Below, in pieces: positions 63,490 through 64,000 of a DNA stretch of 64,000 nt (position 1 is its first letter; every line of letters starts with the position of its first letter). Location of the stretch: positions 27,032,001-27,096,000 of the forward strand of contig NC_047029.1 of NCBI RefSeq assembly GCF_902652985.1, given 5' to 3'. The DNA is from Pecten maximus. Lineage: Eukaryota. The position numbers were made by a program, and so were the translations under genes. The notes below the pieces were generated by a model. The model worked only from the letters and a program-made list of their open reading frames with translations, did not search any database and had not been told where the DNA came from.

Positions 63490-64000
63490 ATTACTATTTT
63501 TAAAATCAGGGAAGATTCCTCAACACGGGGGCGTGGCCTTAGAATCTACAAAAAAAATAAAGACTAAAATATTCGTTTCCACAGAGAACTGTTGTTTTTC
63601 AAGAAAAAATCGAACTTTGCAGAATGTCTCAGTTTTGATAAATTATTTATTACAGAGCTGACTGTCAAATGAATATAATGTCCTACTTTGTCAGAATAAA
63701 ATCTATGTATCTCTTACGGAGAGGACATTGATAAGTTGTGATAACTTGCGTCAAATCATTTTGTGTATTGTTTGCAATAAAACTGTCCTAAATTCAGACG
63801 ACGCCATACCATACCATATTTTTTTGGCGGGAAAGAGAAACTTACCGATTCTTCTCCATTTGTTTTTTTGTTTGTTTGTTTTTTGTCGATCTTTAATGAA
63901 AAAGTAAGCATGCATATACAAAGTGTACACGGATAAAATCAATGTTTGGCAGGTGCACGGATCCATAAACACGCATCAAACCTTACAGGTTTACAGTACT

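Overview
AT-rich eukaryotic genomic DNA from an invertebrate. The SINE and Helentron-like repeat content suggests a mollusc, probably a bivalve (inference). The window holds two convergent, intron-rich genes. (1) ATP-citrate lyase (ACLY) on +: 29 core coding exons from ATG 8944 to TAA 52733 join in frame to 3294 nt (1097 aa). (2) Ribosomal protein RPL27 on -: 4 coding exons give 136 aa, preceded by a 5'TOP non-coding exon with a GC-AG intron. The introns contain many minisatellites, tRNA-derived SINEs, TA-flanked Tc1/pogo-type non-autonomous elements, Helentron/HINE-like elements and foldback hairpins. Two observations stand out. First, many ACLY intronic tandem arrays are built from copies of the adjacent exon-intron junction, and the GT is usually lost in high-copy arrays. 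Second, intron 12 contains two in-frame candidate microexons (15 and 9 nt) that would insert into the regulatory linker. Most entries in the ORF track are spurious or are exon read-through. All coordinates were read by eye.
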